The position numbers and the translations under genes were made by a program. Of a stretch of 64,000 nucleotides of DNA, positions 51,420 to 64,000 are shown one piece after another (within the stretch, counting starts at the first letter, position 1; every line of letters starts with the position of its first letter). Location: contig MU053559.1 of the NCBI GenBank assembly GCA_013239625.1, positions 1,054,001-1,118,000 on the forward strand. The letters are read 5' to 3'. The notes beneath the pieces are model-generated. The model saw only the letters and a program-made list of their open reading frames with translations, searched no databases and was not told the DNA's origin. This DNA comes from Lama guanicoe. Taxonomy: Eukaryota.

Positions 51420-54200
51420 GTAACCTCAGTTCAACTCCATTTTTAACAATTTTTTATGATTCTATGAGGTTTATTTATATTAATAATTGTGTGAGTTTTG
51501 ACATATGCATAGAATTATGTAACCACCACTACAGTCCAGATATAGAACAAAAATTAGCCCGGGTCCCTTTGTTGTTGCTCCTTTCCACCACTTCCAGCCC
51601 TGGAAAATACTGATCTCTTCTCTGTCTCTATAGTTTTGCCTTTTCCAGAATGCCATATAAATGGAATCATACAGTGTGAAGCTTTTTTGGGGCCTGGCTT
51701 CTTTCGCTTAGCGTAATACATTCAGAACTCATTCATACTGTTGTGTCTTCCATAGTTTGTTCCTTTTGTACTGCTGAGTAGTATTCCATGGTATGGATGT
51801 ACCACAGTTTGTTTATCCATTCAGCAGCTGAAGGAAATTTGGATGATTATGAATAAAGGTGCTATAAACATCTGTTTACAGATTTTGTGTGATGATAAAA
51901 TTTCGCTTCACTTGGGTAAATATCTAGGAGTTGGATTGCTGGGTTGTATGGTAAGTATATGTTTAACTTTATTCAAAACCACCAAACTATTTTCCAAAGT
52001 GCCTATACAATTTTACATTCTAACCAGCTATGTGTGAGAGTTCCAGATGATCGACATCCCCACTAGCACTTGGAATTGTCCATTTAAAAAAATTTTAGCC
52101 ATTCTAATAGAATAGTTGTATCTTACTGTGGTTTTAATTAACATTTCCATGACATCTGTCTATCTTCTTTGGTGGAGTGTTTGTGCAAATCTTTTGCCCA
52201 GTTTTCTACAGGGAACATTGTTTTCTTATTATTGAGTTTTGAAAATTCATTATATATTCTCACAATAAGTTACTTATCAGATACATGTTTTGCAAATTTT
52301 TTCTTTTTATTCTCTTATCAGTGTCTTTCATGAGGCATTTAAAATTTTGACAATGTCTGATTTATCTTTTTTCTTATTTCATGGATCGTGCTTTTGGTGT
52401 TGTAGCTAAGAAATCTTTACCTAATCCAAAGTCACCAAAAAATTAGGTTTTACATTCAGTTCTGTGATGCATTTTGCATTAGTTTTTATATGTGATTTAA
52501 GGTGTGGATCAGAGTTTTTTCTTTTCTTTTTTTGCACATGGCTATCCAATCATTCCAGCATCATTTATTTAAAAAACTATCCTCCTCTCAACTGAATTGC
52601 CTTTGCACCTTTTTTGAAAATCAGTTGCCATATCTGTGTGGGTCTCTTTCTGGACTCTTCATTCTGTTCCATTGACCTATTCATCTATGTTTACACCATT
52701 CCTACATTGTCTTGATTAGTGTAGCTGTGCAATAAACTTGAAATCATATAGTAGGAATCCTCCAACTTCATTCTTCTCTTTCAAATTGTTTCGGCTATTC
52801 TAAGTATTTTGTATACCCATTTGAATTTTACAGTCAGTTTTTTTTTTATTTCTGTAAAGGTGAATTTCGATTGTGATTACATTGACTCTATAGATCAGTT
52901 TGGAGAGAATTACATCTTAACATTATTGACTCTTCCAATCCATTAACATGTCTCCATTTCTTTGGGTCTTCTTTAGTTTCTCTCAGTGATGTCCTCTACC
53001 TTTTAGTGTTCAGGTCTTGTGCATCTTTTTTCAGATTTATCCTGAAGTATACTGTATTTTATGGTATTTTTACCAAGCTTTATTGCCATATAATTGACAT
53101 ATAACATTGTGTAGGTTTAAGGTGTACAGCATGTTGATTTGATACATCCATATGTTGAAAACTGATCACCATCACAGCCTTAGCCAACACTTCCATGCCA
53201 CCACATAGTTACCTTTTTTGTGGTAAAAGCATTTAAGATCTACTATCCAGGCAACATCCAAGTATATGATGCAATATCATTATCTATAGTCACCATGCTG
53301 CACATTAGATCCCCAAAACTTGTTCATCTTATTACTGGAAGTTTGTGCCCTTTGACCAATATCTCTCCACTCTCCCCACCCCGCAGTCCTCAGTAACCAC
53401 CACTCAACTGTCTGTTTCTTTGAGTTTGGCTTTTTTAGATTGCACATGCTACCATGCAGTATTTGTCTTTCTCTGACTTATTTCATGATGCCCTCAAGGT
53501 TCAGCCAAGTGGTAGCAAATGGCACAATGTCCTTCTTTCTCATGGATGAATAATGTTCTATTGTATATGTACACCACATCTTCTTTATCCGTTCAACGCT
53601 GACAGACACTTGGGTTGTTTCCATATCTTGACTATTGGGAATAATGCTGAAATGAACATGGGAGTGCAGATATCTTTATAAGATCTGAATTTCCGTTCCT
53701 TTGGATATATACCCAGAAGTGGGATTGCTGGACCATATGGTAGTTCTATTTTTAATTTTTTGAGGAACCTCCATACTGTTGTCCATAATGGTTGCACCAG
53801 TTTACATTCCCACCAGCAGTGTATGAGGGTTCCCTTCTCTCCACACCCTTATCAGCATTTGTTGTCTCTTGGCTTTTCGATGATGGCCATTTGGACAGGT
53901 GTGAGGTGACATCTCATTGTGGTTTTGACCTGCACTTCCCTGATGATTACTGATATCAAGCACCTTTTCATGTACCAATTGGCCATTTGTATATCTTTTT
54001 TTGGAAAACTGTCTATTCCATTCCTCTGTCCATATTTTGATCAGTTTCTTTTTTGCTATTGAGTTGTATGAGTTCTTTATATATTTTTGGATATTAACCC
54101 CTTATTAGATATGTGATCTGCAAATATCATCTCCCATTCCATAGGTTGCCTTTTCTTTTTATTATTTCTTTTGCTGTGTATTTTCAACATTTTCTTGATG
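51420..54200 (-). mobile_element. Old L1 (L1MA/MB-like) 3' regions, at least two nested copies
   Basis: ORF2 C-terminal remnant [32 protein letters not shown] (53585-53797 -). Confidence 0.85.
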
Positions 54201-54579
54201 TCTGCCATATTTGATAGTGTTCCCTGAATCTGACTCTCTATTCTGTACTCTAGCTACTCAGATGATACATTTTCACCTTGTGAGCAGATTTCCCTATTTC
54301 ATGAAATGGCTCTCAGTTACTCCAAAATGCATGGCCCTTTTTTCCCCCTCATCCTCTATCCCACAGAACTCAGAGAAAAGCACAAGATTTTAGACTGTGG
54401 TATCTAAGGCTTTTAGCTCTCTGTTTTTCGAAAGTTCCCAGAATTAAGGGCCTGTTTTTTATTGTATAATTAAGAGCCTGTTTCTTATTGTATAACTTAT
54501 TGTGGTTTCCTAATCAGGAGAGAGAAATCACATACCAATTTGAACAGGGAAAGTTTAACATAAAGAAATATTAGCTATA

Positions 54580-57060
54580 CTGGGTGGGAGTCTTTGTTCC
54601 CGCAGAAGAACGCAAAGGTATTTTGTTATGTATGTTCCTTGAGGAGGAACCCAGACCCTGCACCATGGCTGCACTGTTGTTTCTTTTCTCTTTTTTTTTT
54701 CAACTGGACCACAAAATTTATTTTAAAGTTAAAATAATGAGGACGAGGGGTACATCGACAGATGACTGGATAAAGAAGTTGTGATATATTTATACAATGG
54801 AATACTACTCTGCCATAAAAAAGAATAAAATAATGCTATTTGCAGCAACATGGATGGACCTAGAGACCATCATTCTAAGTGAAGTAAGCCAGAAAGAGAA
54901 AGAAAAATACCATATCACTCATATGTGGAATCTAAAAACAAAAAGGACACTATGAACTCATCTACAAAACAGAAACAGACTCGCAGACATAGTAAACCTA
55001 GGGAAAGAGGGTGGGAGGGGATAAATTTGGGAGTTTGAGATTTACAAATGTTAGCCAGTATATATAAAAATAGATTTTCTTAAAAGTTTCTTTTGTATAA
55101 CACAGGGAGCTATATTCAATATCTTGTAATAACCTTTAATGGAAAAAAATATGAAAACGAATATATGTATGTATATGTATGACTGGGACATTGTGCTGTT
55201 CACCAGAGATTGACACATTGTAATTGACCGTACTGCAATTAACAAAAAAGAAATACACGGGAAGACAGAGGGGCACTAGTGCAGAGAGACAACTGGAACA
55301 AAAGAATAGAAGAGAGTCTGGTCATAGACACATTCACACATAGATATTCGATTTATGGCAGAGGTAGCACTATGAGTAGAGGGGAAAGGAGAGATTTTTC
55401 AATAAATGGTGCTGAGACAACTGGGGGTCCATAATGGAAAATATAAAATAGTCCTTCACTCAGACCACATAAAAAAAATCAAACAGCTCCAGGTATATTA
55501 GATGAAATGTGAAAGGCAAAACCATACAGCTGTAGGATAATACAGGAGAATAACCTTACCACTTGTGACTGGAGAAAGATTCCATGAGACACAAAGAGCA
55601 CTAACTGGAATCTCTACATCTCTAACTCTACTCTCTATATTAAAATTAGGTTCTTCAGTTCATATAAAGAAAGTCGAGGAAAATGGAAAGAGGATCTAGA
55701 AGAAGACATTTGTAACAGATATAACTGTTAAATGGCTCTTGTCCAGAGTATATAAATAACCCTTATAAATCAGTAAGACCGACAGTCCAATAGAAAAATG
55801 AACAAAAGACATAAGCACCTCAAAAAAGAAATACAAATGGCCGGTAAACAAAGGAGAGATGTTTAACTTCATTAGCAATCAGAGAAATAAAACATTAAAG
55901 CCACACGAATAGTTCTATACACTCTACTGGCAAAAAAAAAAATTAAAAATCTGATTCATCAAAACTTGGTTAAGATGTAGAAAAGTGGGGATTCTCATAT
56001 ATTAATGGTGGGAATATATATTGGTAAGTCACTTTGGAAAAATGTTTGGCATTTTCTTCTGAAGTTGAAATACACATTTTCTGTCAAAGTCACCACACTT
56101 TTCCTAGAGGAAAACACATCTGTATACAATCCCAAAGGCTCCATTCACATCCTTATCTATAGAAATGGTACCACCTCTGCTTGTACAGGATGCAGCCTCT
56201 GTGATTGTATACAGATGTGTTTTCCTCTAGGACCCAGCAATTTTACTTCTTGGATACTTATTCTAGAAAACCTGCATACAGGTGTTCAAGGATGCACGTA
56301 CAAGAATGTTCACAGCAGTAGTTCATAACAGCCAAGAACTAGAAACAACCCGAATGTCAGTCCCCCTGCACTATTGTTTCTTGACTGCTCCTCCTTTGTT
56401 TCTGCATTTCCTCCCCTTCCTGATAAGCAACTATTTGAATCTGCCCTTTAAAACTCAGGGAAGGTCAAGGAAGCTGAATGAAGCCAATTTCCTGGAGTCA
56501 AGAACCGGGGTGGAGGGTGGGATGTGGGGGGTTAGGGTATAGCTCAAGTGGTAGAGCACATGCTTAGCATGCGTGAGGTCCTGGGTTCAATCCCCAGTGC
56601 CTCCTCTAACAGTGAATAAATAAGTAAACCTGATTACCTCCCCCCACCAAAAAATGAAAGAAAGAAAGGGAGAAAAGAAAGGAAGGAAGGAAGGACGGAC
56701 ATAGGAAGGATCTGTACCCAGGAGGACCCCACGAAGTCTTGCTCTGTTTCAACAAGAGAGCCTGAAAACAATAAGAGGATGAGACAATATTATAAACAAC
56801 TTTATGCGAACAAATTTACCACTTAGAATAAATATTTCTCTTTCAAATTATTTTCAGGTAAAATAATTCTCCATTTATGTCTAAGCTGCAGTTAAATGCA
56901 TCAGGGACATTTTCATTTTAATTACATATATTTTTTATTCCCTAAGTTATATTTTCTTTCTAAATCTGGGTCATTTTTGAAACAGTTTTCTGTTCTCTAT
57001 GGATATTTTGACCTCATATTTTATTTATGTAAATACGCTAAACAGTTGTTTACAAAAAAA
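54580..57060 (+). mobile_element. Nested retroposed composite (ERV LTR fragment, L1 pieces, SINE) within an older LTR element (~54500-57820)
   Basis: Outer 18-bp TSD (54562-54579 / 57061-57078) and inner 17-bp TSD (54669-54685 / 56366-56382); see findings. Confidence 0.7.
56526..56695 (+). mobile_element. tRNA-derived SINE (Vic-1-like) with a GAAA/GGAA tail
   Basis: gggtatagctcaagtggtagagcacatgcttagcatgcgtgaggtcctgggttcaatcccc. Confidence 0.88.
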
Positions 57061-58809
57061 AAAGAATTATTAGCTATAGTGGGATTGAAGGAACAAGGGA
57101 TTACCTAGTAAAAGTAAAGAGAAGTCTAAAGGATAAAGGAATAGTAGGTTAGTGAGGGAGAGCACCTCAAGGGGTGTGAAGGCACACCCAAGGAAGCATC
57201 TCCCCTTTTTCCCAGGGATGAATCCAGACCTTGTAGGGAGGGCACATCCATGGCTCACAGCATGGCAGAAGAGCTGCTGTCATGTCGCACTGGTGGAACT
57301 TGCTGGAAATCTGCCCTGCTGTGGTTCCAGAGAAAGCCAATCATCGAGAAGTGTCTCATCGGAAAGATTCCACTACACATCATCTGAGAGGGGTGCCGGG
57401 GTAAACTGCAGGGTGCTGGGTGCTGCTGGCTGTAATGCACTGCAGAAGCTGGGTGCTTGGGAAGCCCTATGAGCTGCGGAAGCTGGGTGCTACAGAAGTC
57501 ACCTACACTGCAAGATCAGCATGCCTGAGGAGCTGTGTGGGCATCAGGAGCCAGATGTCGGTGAAGCCACCACACTGCAGGACCCCGGTGCTAGACAAGC
57601 TGCCCTTGCCAGAGGAGCCTGCTGAGTGAGCCCACGAAAACCAAGAAGCAAAACCCCTCCCTCCAGTGTTTCTCCATCACCCCGTGTTGGGAAGGTTCAA
57701 TGTCACGCCAGATGGCAAAGGAAAAGAGACTCGGATCTATTTTTGTAGAGCAGGCAAGGAAGGGTGAATCTGGGGTTGAAAGACAATAAATCGATGAACT
57801 GGAACACGTATTCTTCAGTTTTCTGAGGCCAAACGTGGAAAATAGTAAACTTCATTTTAATGAATTTGGAGAGAGAGGCAGAGGAGGAGATTTTGCTCTC
57901 TTTCAGAAGGATTCTTCAAGTGTCTGCTCAGGGGAATTTAAAGGACCATAGATTATATTTGAAAGGGAAAGACAACTGCATGAAATGTTCACCACTTCAG
58001 CCTTTGTGTGTTAATTCTTTCTGTTATAACAAAAAACTGTGCCAAGCTGAGTAGCAATATGAGTGGTACCATGTCTGCTTTATACACTTACAGCAGATAT
58101 AACCTCCCTAGGGGTGTACTGAATTTGGAGCTGATATCAAGGACAGTATGTTTTGAATATTCACAGAGGAGCAAAACAACAAGCTTAATACTTCCGTATA
58201 GCCCCTCTTACATAAGAATTCTGAGGTGAGTGGGTCCGTTCAACAAGTCAACTCTGATCCTGATGGGTCACTCACGGACCACATTTCCAAGTCATCGCTC
58301 CGCCATCTCCTAGGGCGTTGTTGTCAGCTGTCTGGTTGATGTTGGGTCACTGTTGAGTCCTCCGGGCTGGGAAAGGAGGAAATGGAGGAGATTGGTCCAC
58401 TGTCTTAAGGCCTGGCCCTAGTGTGGCTCATATCACTTCTGCTCATACTCCACGGGTGAGAACAAAGTGAGACTTGTAAATGTGACGCCCAGCTGCGTTC
58501 TATTACTGTAAAAGAAGAGGCGGATAGACTTTGGTGGATGGCTTGCAGTTTCTGCCATAGATGTTTTGCCCTCTTCTGTTTGACACTTGTTGGAAGTATA
58601 TATTTTTCCTGTAGATACAGAGGAATATAGATTTAATGTGGATGCTCATAATGGTTCAGAAGGAAAAGCAAGAGGAAGCAGAGAGATTAGTAAGGTTTTA
58701 GAGCTAATATGCAATAAGGACATATATTCTGAACTATTCCTTCCATGCAGGCTTACCCTCAACAGGCATGCTTCTTCTGAGTATTCTCCTCACCATCCAG
58801 ACTTCCTAC

Positions 58810-59020
58810 ATACTGGATATGGATTCCCAGCGTTCAAATCCCATCTCTTACTTATTTAGCCATTTGATCTTCAGCAAGTTACATAACTTCTCTGTGCTTC
58901 TGTTTTCTCATCCATGAAACACGGTTGATAATGATAGCTACCTCTTAGAGTTTAGTGAGGATTAAAGGAGCTATTTTGTGTAAAGCACTTGGAACAGTGC
59001 CTGGTGCCTCATAAACGGTA
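58810..59020 (+). mobile_element. MIR
   Basis: ttcaaatccc...caagttacataacttctctgtgcttctgttttctcatc...taaagcacttggaacagtgcctgg. Confidence 0.85.
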
Positions 59021-59203
59021 TATAATCGCTTTGCATCTGGTAAGCGTTCTAGAAGAATGGCACATTACAACATTATTGCTATTTTCATTATTGTCACATG
59101 GACTCTTCCAGTTCTCTGTGCTCATCCTGTCCAAACTACACGTACCCTCTATTCTCTGCTAAGTGTTCTTGAGTCATTTTCATTTTTTTCTCTTTCGTTT
59201 TAG

Positions 59204-61245
59204 ATGAGGATATGGGGCAAAGCCAACAACAGAGAACTTCTGGAGAAGCTTCATTCCACTGTGAGAAATTTGGTCAGTCCATAGGAAAAGATTCACTGTG
59301 TTCCATTTTAGAAGAACTGTGGCAAGATAATGACCAGCTAGAGAGATATCAAGAAAACCAAAAGAACCCTTTGAGTCACATGAAAGTATTGATTAAGGAG
59401 AGGGGCTATGAATGTAAAAACCTTGAAAAAATAATTCATGTGGGGACCAGGCTTGTTCCTTCAATTAAAAGGCTCCATAACTCTGACACATTTGGAAAGA
59501 GTTTGAAGCACACTTTAAACTTACATAATCATAATAAAAGCAGTGGAACAAAGAACTTTGATAAGAGACTTGGAAATGGTAACAGTTTTGCCCCTAACTC
59601 TTCCTCTGCAAGGAATGAGACTGCTAATTCATGTGAACTTCATCAATGTGAAAAACATCTTGGCCACAAACAAGTTCTCACCCACCATCAGAAAATTCGT
59701 ACTGGAGAGAAACTTTACATATGTCCTGAATACGTAAAGAGCTTCACCCAAAAGTCACATCTTTTTGATCATGAGAGCATTCGTGCTGGAGAAAAATCCC
59801 ATGAATGCAACAAAAGTGAGAACATCTTCACTCAGAAGCCACACGTTGAGGTACCTCAAAGTGTTTATACAAGAGAGAAACCTTTTATATGTACGCAATG
59901 TGGGAAGGCCTTTACTCTCAGGTCAAACCTCATTACACATCAGAAAATTCATACCGGGCAGAAACCCTATACGTGCAGTGAATGTGGAAAAGCCTTTTTC
60001 CACAGATCATATCTCTTTAGACATATGAGAATTCATACCGGAGAAAAACCTTATGAATGCAGTGAATGTGGAAGAGGTTTCTCCCAGAATTCAGACCTCA
60101 ATATCCATCAGAAAACTCATACTGGAGAGAAACACTACGCATGCAGTGAATGCGGGAAAGCCTTCACAAGGAAATCAGCCCTGAGGATGCATCAGCGAAT
60201 TCACACAGGAGAGAAACCCTATGTTTGCACTGAATGTGGGAAGGCCTTCATCCAGAAATCCCATTTCAATACACATCAGAGAATTCACACTGGAGAAAAA
60301 CCTTATGAATGCAGTGACTGTGGCAAATCATTCATTAAGAAATCACAGCTCCACGTGCATCAAAGGATTCACACAGGAGAAAAACCTTATATATGTACAG
60401 AATGTGGAAAGGTCTTCACTCATAGGACAAATCTCACCACGCATCAGAAAACTCATACTGGAGAGAAACCCTATATGTGTGCTGAATGTGGGAAGGCGTT
60501 CAGTGATCAGTCAAATCTCATTAAACACCAGAAAACACATACGGGAGAGAAACCCTATAAATGCAATGGCTGTGGAAAAGCCTTCATATGGAAGTCACGC
60601 CTCAAAATACATCAGAAATCTCATATTGGAGAGAGACACTATGAATGCAACGAATGTGGAAAAGCCTTTATCCAGAAATCAACACTCAGCGTGCATCAGA
60701 GAATCCATACAGGAGAGAAACCCTACGCCTGCCCCGAGTGTGGAAAAGCCTTCATCCAGAAATCACACTTCATTGCACATCACAGAATTCATACTGGAGA
60801 GAAGCCGTATGAATGCAGTGACTGTGGGAAATGCTTCACTAAGAAATCACAGCTCCGGGTGCATCAGAAAATTCACACAGGAGAGAAACCCAATATATGT
60901 GCTGAATGTGGAAAGGCCTTCACGGATAGGTCAAATCTCATAACACACCAGAAGATCCATACTAGAGAGAAACCCTATAAATGCAGTGACTGTGGGAAAA
61001 CTTTCACCTGGAAGTCACGCCTCACTATCCATCAGAAATCTCATACTGGAGAGAGACACTATGAATGCACTAAATGTGGAAAAGCGTTCATCCAGAAAGC
61101 AACACTAAGTATGCATCAGATAATTCATACGGGAAAGAAACCCTATGCTTGTACAGAATGCCAGAAGGCCTTCAATGACAGATCCAATCTCATTAAACAC
61201 CAGAAAACTCACAGTGGAGAAAAACTCTATAAAGCCAGCGACTGA
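59204..61245 (+). CDS. ZNF41: ZNF41 zinc-finger exon: spacer, degenerate fingers and 16 intact C2H2 fingers (59884-61212); total CDS 2337 nt, 778 aa
   Basis: Polypyrimidine tract and tttag| acceptor at 59203, phase 1 in frame with ORF 59212..61245. TGEKPY linkers. Spacer ([18 protein letters not shown]), finger order and C-terminal KASD* match recalled human ZNF41. Confidence 0.96.
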
Positions 61246-62379
61246 AAATGCCTTCAGCTGGAAGTCATAACTGGATAAGCATCGGCTGTCTCGTAGCGGG
61301 GAAGAGGTGTGCCTGGCGCTGCAGTCATTGTGCAGGGGAGAACTAGATGTGACACTCTACAGGCAGCTTAAGTGAAGAAAAGGCAGACAAAGCCGTCTCC
61401 TTCAGCCAGTTGGAAATACAAGTACCTGCATCACCACTGTTGATATGCAACTGTATGCGTAGGGAGATGCTTCGATAAAGCATTTGAGTGATAGCCCTGT
61501 TTGGTTTCATGATTCACACAGGGACTCTCAATCTCCTGCAAATGGTAGAAATGGAGACCCCCTAGGAGATGACTTGTTATCTCTTATGTTTTGCTTTTTG
61601 TATAAAGGACTTTATAAATTCAGCACTGATTGGTTCTTCATACCCTGGTATGTAAAAGTACTCAATATTGGCCACATTTTTTTGTTCAGATTTCTAGGGT
61701 AGGGAGAAGAGTGTTCATTGTCCAAACACCTCCAGGGCACTGAATTCAAGGCAAAAACCTATTTGGGAATGGAAACCTGTGAGTAGAAGCCCGGAGGTAT
61801 TGTGATCATTGACATTTAAGACACAGAAAAGGTGGCAATTGTTCCCTCATTAATTCCATACTGTGGCAGCAGGTGACTCACACTTGAAAGCAGGAGGCAT
61901 ACCTTCTAACCTATGCCTCCAACCGTAGACTTCTGGTCCCCTTAGTAACTGACCCTAAGACAATGAAACTGAGCCAAGTACTCTGGACTTCCAGTCTCCT
62001 CCACTGAAGCTTCCACTTTCTTTGGGATTCGTCTTTGTAAAAGAATAGTTAAGAAATTGGGTTTCAATGCATCAAGTTTTGATTGTTTTTTTTCCAATTT
62101 AGTTAACTTGATATGTTCATTTTCTACATGCACATTAAGAGTAATTTTGTATAGATTTCTATGGGATAAAGCCATGTTGGATAATAGTTGGTGAGCCTAA
62201 GATATAACTGTACTTTATTATAGTTGAATAACTGGATGAATTCTCTAGAAAGAGCATTGCTTTTTTTTTAAGCACAGGTATATAGACCCTTTCTCATTTT
62301 CCCTTAAATATTTTTTTACAATATTCATAAGAAAAGGGGCTTTCTAGCATGTAATTTTATTTTGTTTTTAAACCCTTCT

Positions 62380-64000
62380 TATCAAAGTATGATGCATACA
62401 GAAAATGTATATATCATAAGCATACAGCTCATTGAATTCTCTCAAAATGAACATACTCAGATCAAGAAACAGAACATGACCAGCACCCCAGAAAAACTCC
62501 CTGTGCTCCCCGTCCAGGCCTTACTGTCCACCTCCCCCAGAGGTAAACACTACTCTGACTTAAATAGTTTTCTCTGCTTGGTATTTTATATAAATTGAGT
62601 CGAACAATTATATTTTATATTTTAGTAATACACTCTTTAATATCTATCTTCTTTCATTCACATTATAAATGTGAGATTCATCCACGTTATTGAATGTAGT
62701 TATAGCTAATTTATTGTTATTGTCGCATTATATTCCATTCTGTGAATATTCTATGATACGTTTATCCATTCTGTTGTTGATGGACGTCTGTGTTGTTTGT
62801 AGCTTGGAGCTATTAGGAATAGTGCTGCTATAAATACTTTAGTATCTATCTATTGGTGAACATATTTATGAACTTCTGTTAGGTATATATCTAGGATTTG
62901 GACTGCCAGGTCATATGGTATCCATATGCTCAGCTTTAGTTCATAAAACCGGTTTTCCCAAGTAGCTGCACCAGTGTACGCTCCCACCCGCACAGTATAC
63001 GAGTCTAGTTGATGCACATCTTTGCCAATACTTGGTATTTTCCATCTTTTTTACTGTAGCCATTGTGGTGGGTGTACAGTGATATCTCAGTGTAGTGGGG
63101 GTTTTTTTATTGAAGTACCATCAGTTACAATGTGTCAATTTCTGGTGTACAGCACAATGTCCCAGTCATGCCTATTCATACATATATTCATTTTCATATT
63201 TTTTCATTAAAGATTATTCTCAGTGTGGTTTTAATTTTATTTCCTTCTCCTCCAATTCCACCATTGATCTTCCCAAGACAGTTGACTGATATCTCAGATC
63301 TGAACCCCAGGCATGGCCCTCACATGACTGCACCATTTTACATCCCACCAGCAACATTAAGCAATTCATGACTCTAAATCTTCCCACACAAAAAAAAGCC
63401 CAAAGCTTCATGGTTTAACTGGTTAATTGCATTGAACACTTGAGGAAAAATAATATCAACACTCGACAAAATCTTTCAGAAAATAGAGGAGAAAGGAATA
63501 CTCCTCAACTCTATGAAGCCAGTATAACCCTGATACTTAAGCCATACAAACACATCACAAGAAAAGAAAACTACAGACCAGCATTCCTCATGCATATAGA
63601 TGTAAAAATCTTCAACAAAATATTGGCAAATTACATGTAGCAACAAATAAAAGGATTATACATCATGACCAAGTGAGGTTTATTCCAGTAATGCAGGACG
63701 GCTTCAACATTCAAAAATCAGTCAATGCAATCTACCATGTTATATATACAGAGTAAAGAAGAAAAATCACATGATCTACAGATTCAATACAATTTTATTA
63801 AATTTCCAGCAGGCTCTCTGCCTCAGAAGTTGATACGCTAATCCTGAAATTTATATGAAATAGAAAAGATCAGGAATAGCAAAAAGGAATTTGCCAAAAA
63901 GCAAAGTGGGAGGACAGTCACCTCCCAATTTCAAAATTATTATAAAACTACAGCAATTAAGAGAGTGTGGTACTGGCATGGGGATAGAGACATAGATCAA
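62380..64000. mobile_element. Old L1 fragments (antisense 3' end, then sense ORF2 remnant)
   Basis: [35 protein letters not shown] (63440-63640 +). Confidence 0.85.

Noticed and set aside
60221..60943. 240-aa alternative-frame ORF (and 59765-60028) overlapping the finger array
   Set aside because: Typical shifted-frame by-product of C2H2 repeat codon usage (LERNP/NVGRPS pattern); no independent evidence of coding

Overview
Mammalian genomic DNA, probably a camelid: it carries many tRNA-Ala(AGC)-derived Vic-1-like SINEs and a young L1 3' end family. It contains one protein-coding gene, the KRAB-C2H2 zinc-finger gene ZNF41 (X-linked in human), on the + strand. The gene has a CpG-island promoter at ~24.7-25.5 kb and coding exons at 40418-40489, 48835-48961 (KRAB-A), 49184-49279 (KRAB-B) and 59204-61245. 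These give a 778-aa protein with 16 intact fingers. Most of the remaining sequence is transposon-derived (old and young L1, ERVL/MaLR/ERV1 LTRs, MIR, hAT MITEs, SINEs), and most short ORFs in the track are noise. I see no clearly novel biological system. The most notable observations are: (i) nested, TSD-flanked retroposed non-coding transcripts at 54.5-57.1 kb; (ii) a candidate fossil purine-rich terminal exon with a 41-bp inverted repeat in intron 2; (iii) a polyadenylated LTR retrocopy and an orphan mRNA 3'-UTR retrocopy; (iv) a frame-preserving long ZNF41 splice isoform, plus lost and fossil zinc fingers; (v) a duplicated perfect GTCACGTGAC element. Repeat family names and human comparisons come from recalled consensus sequences, not from database searches.
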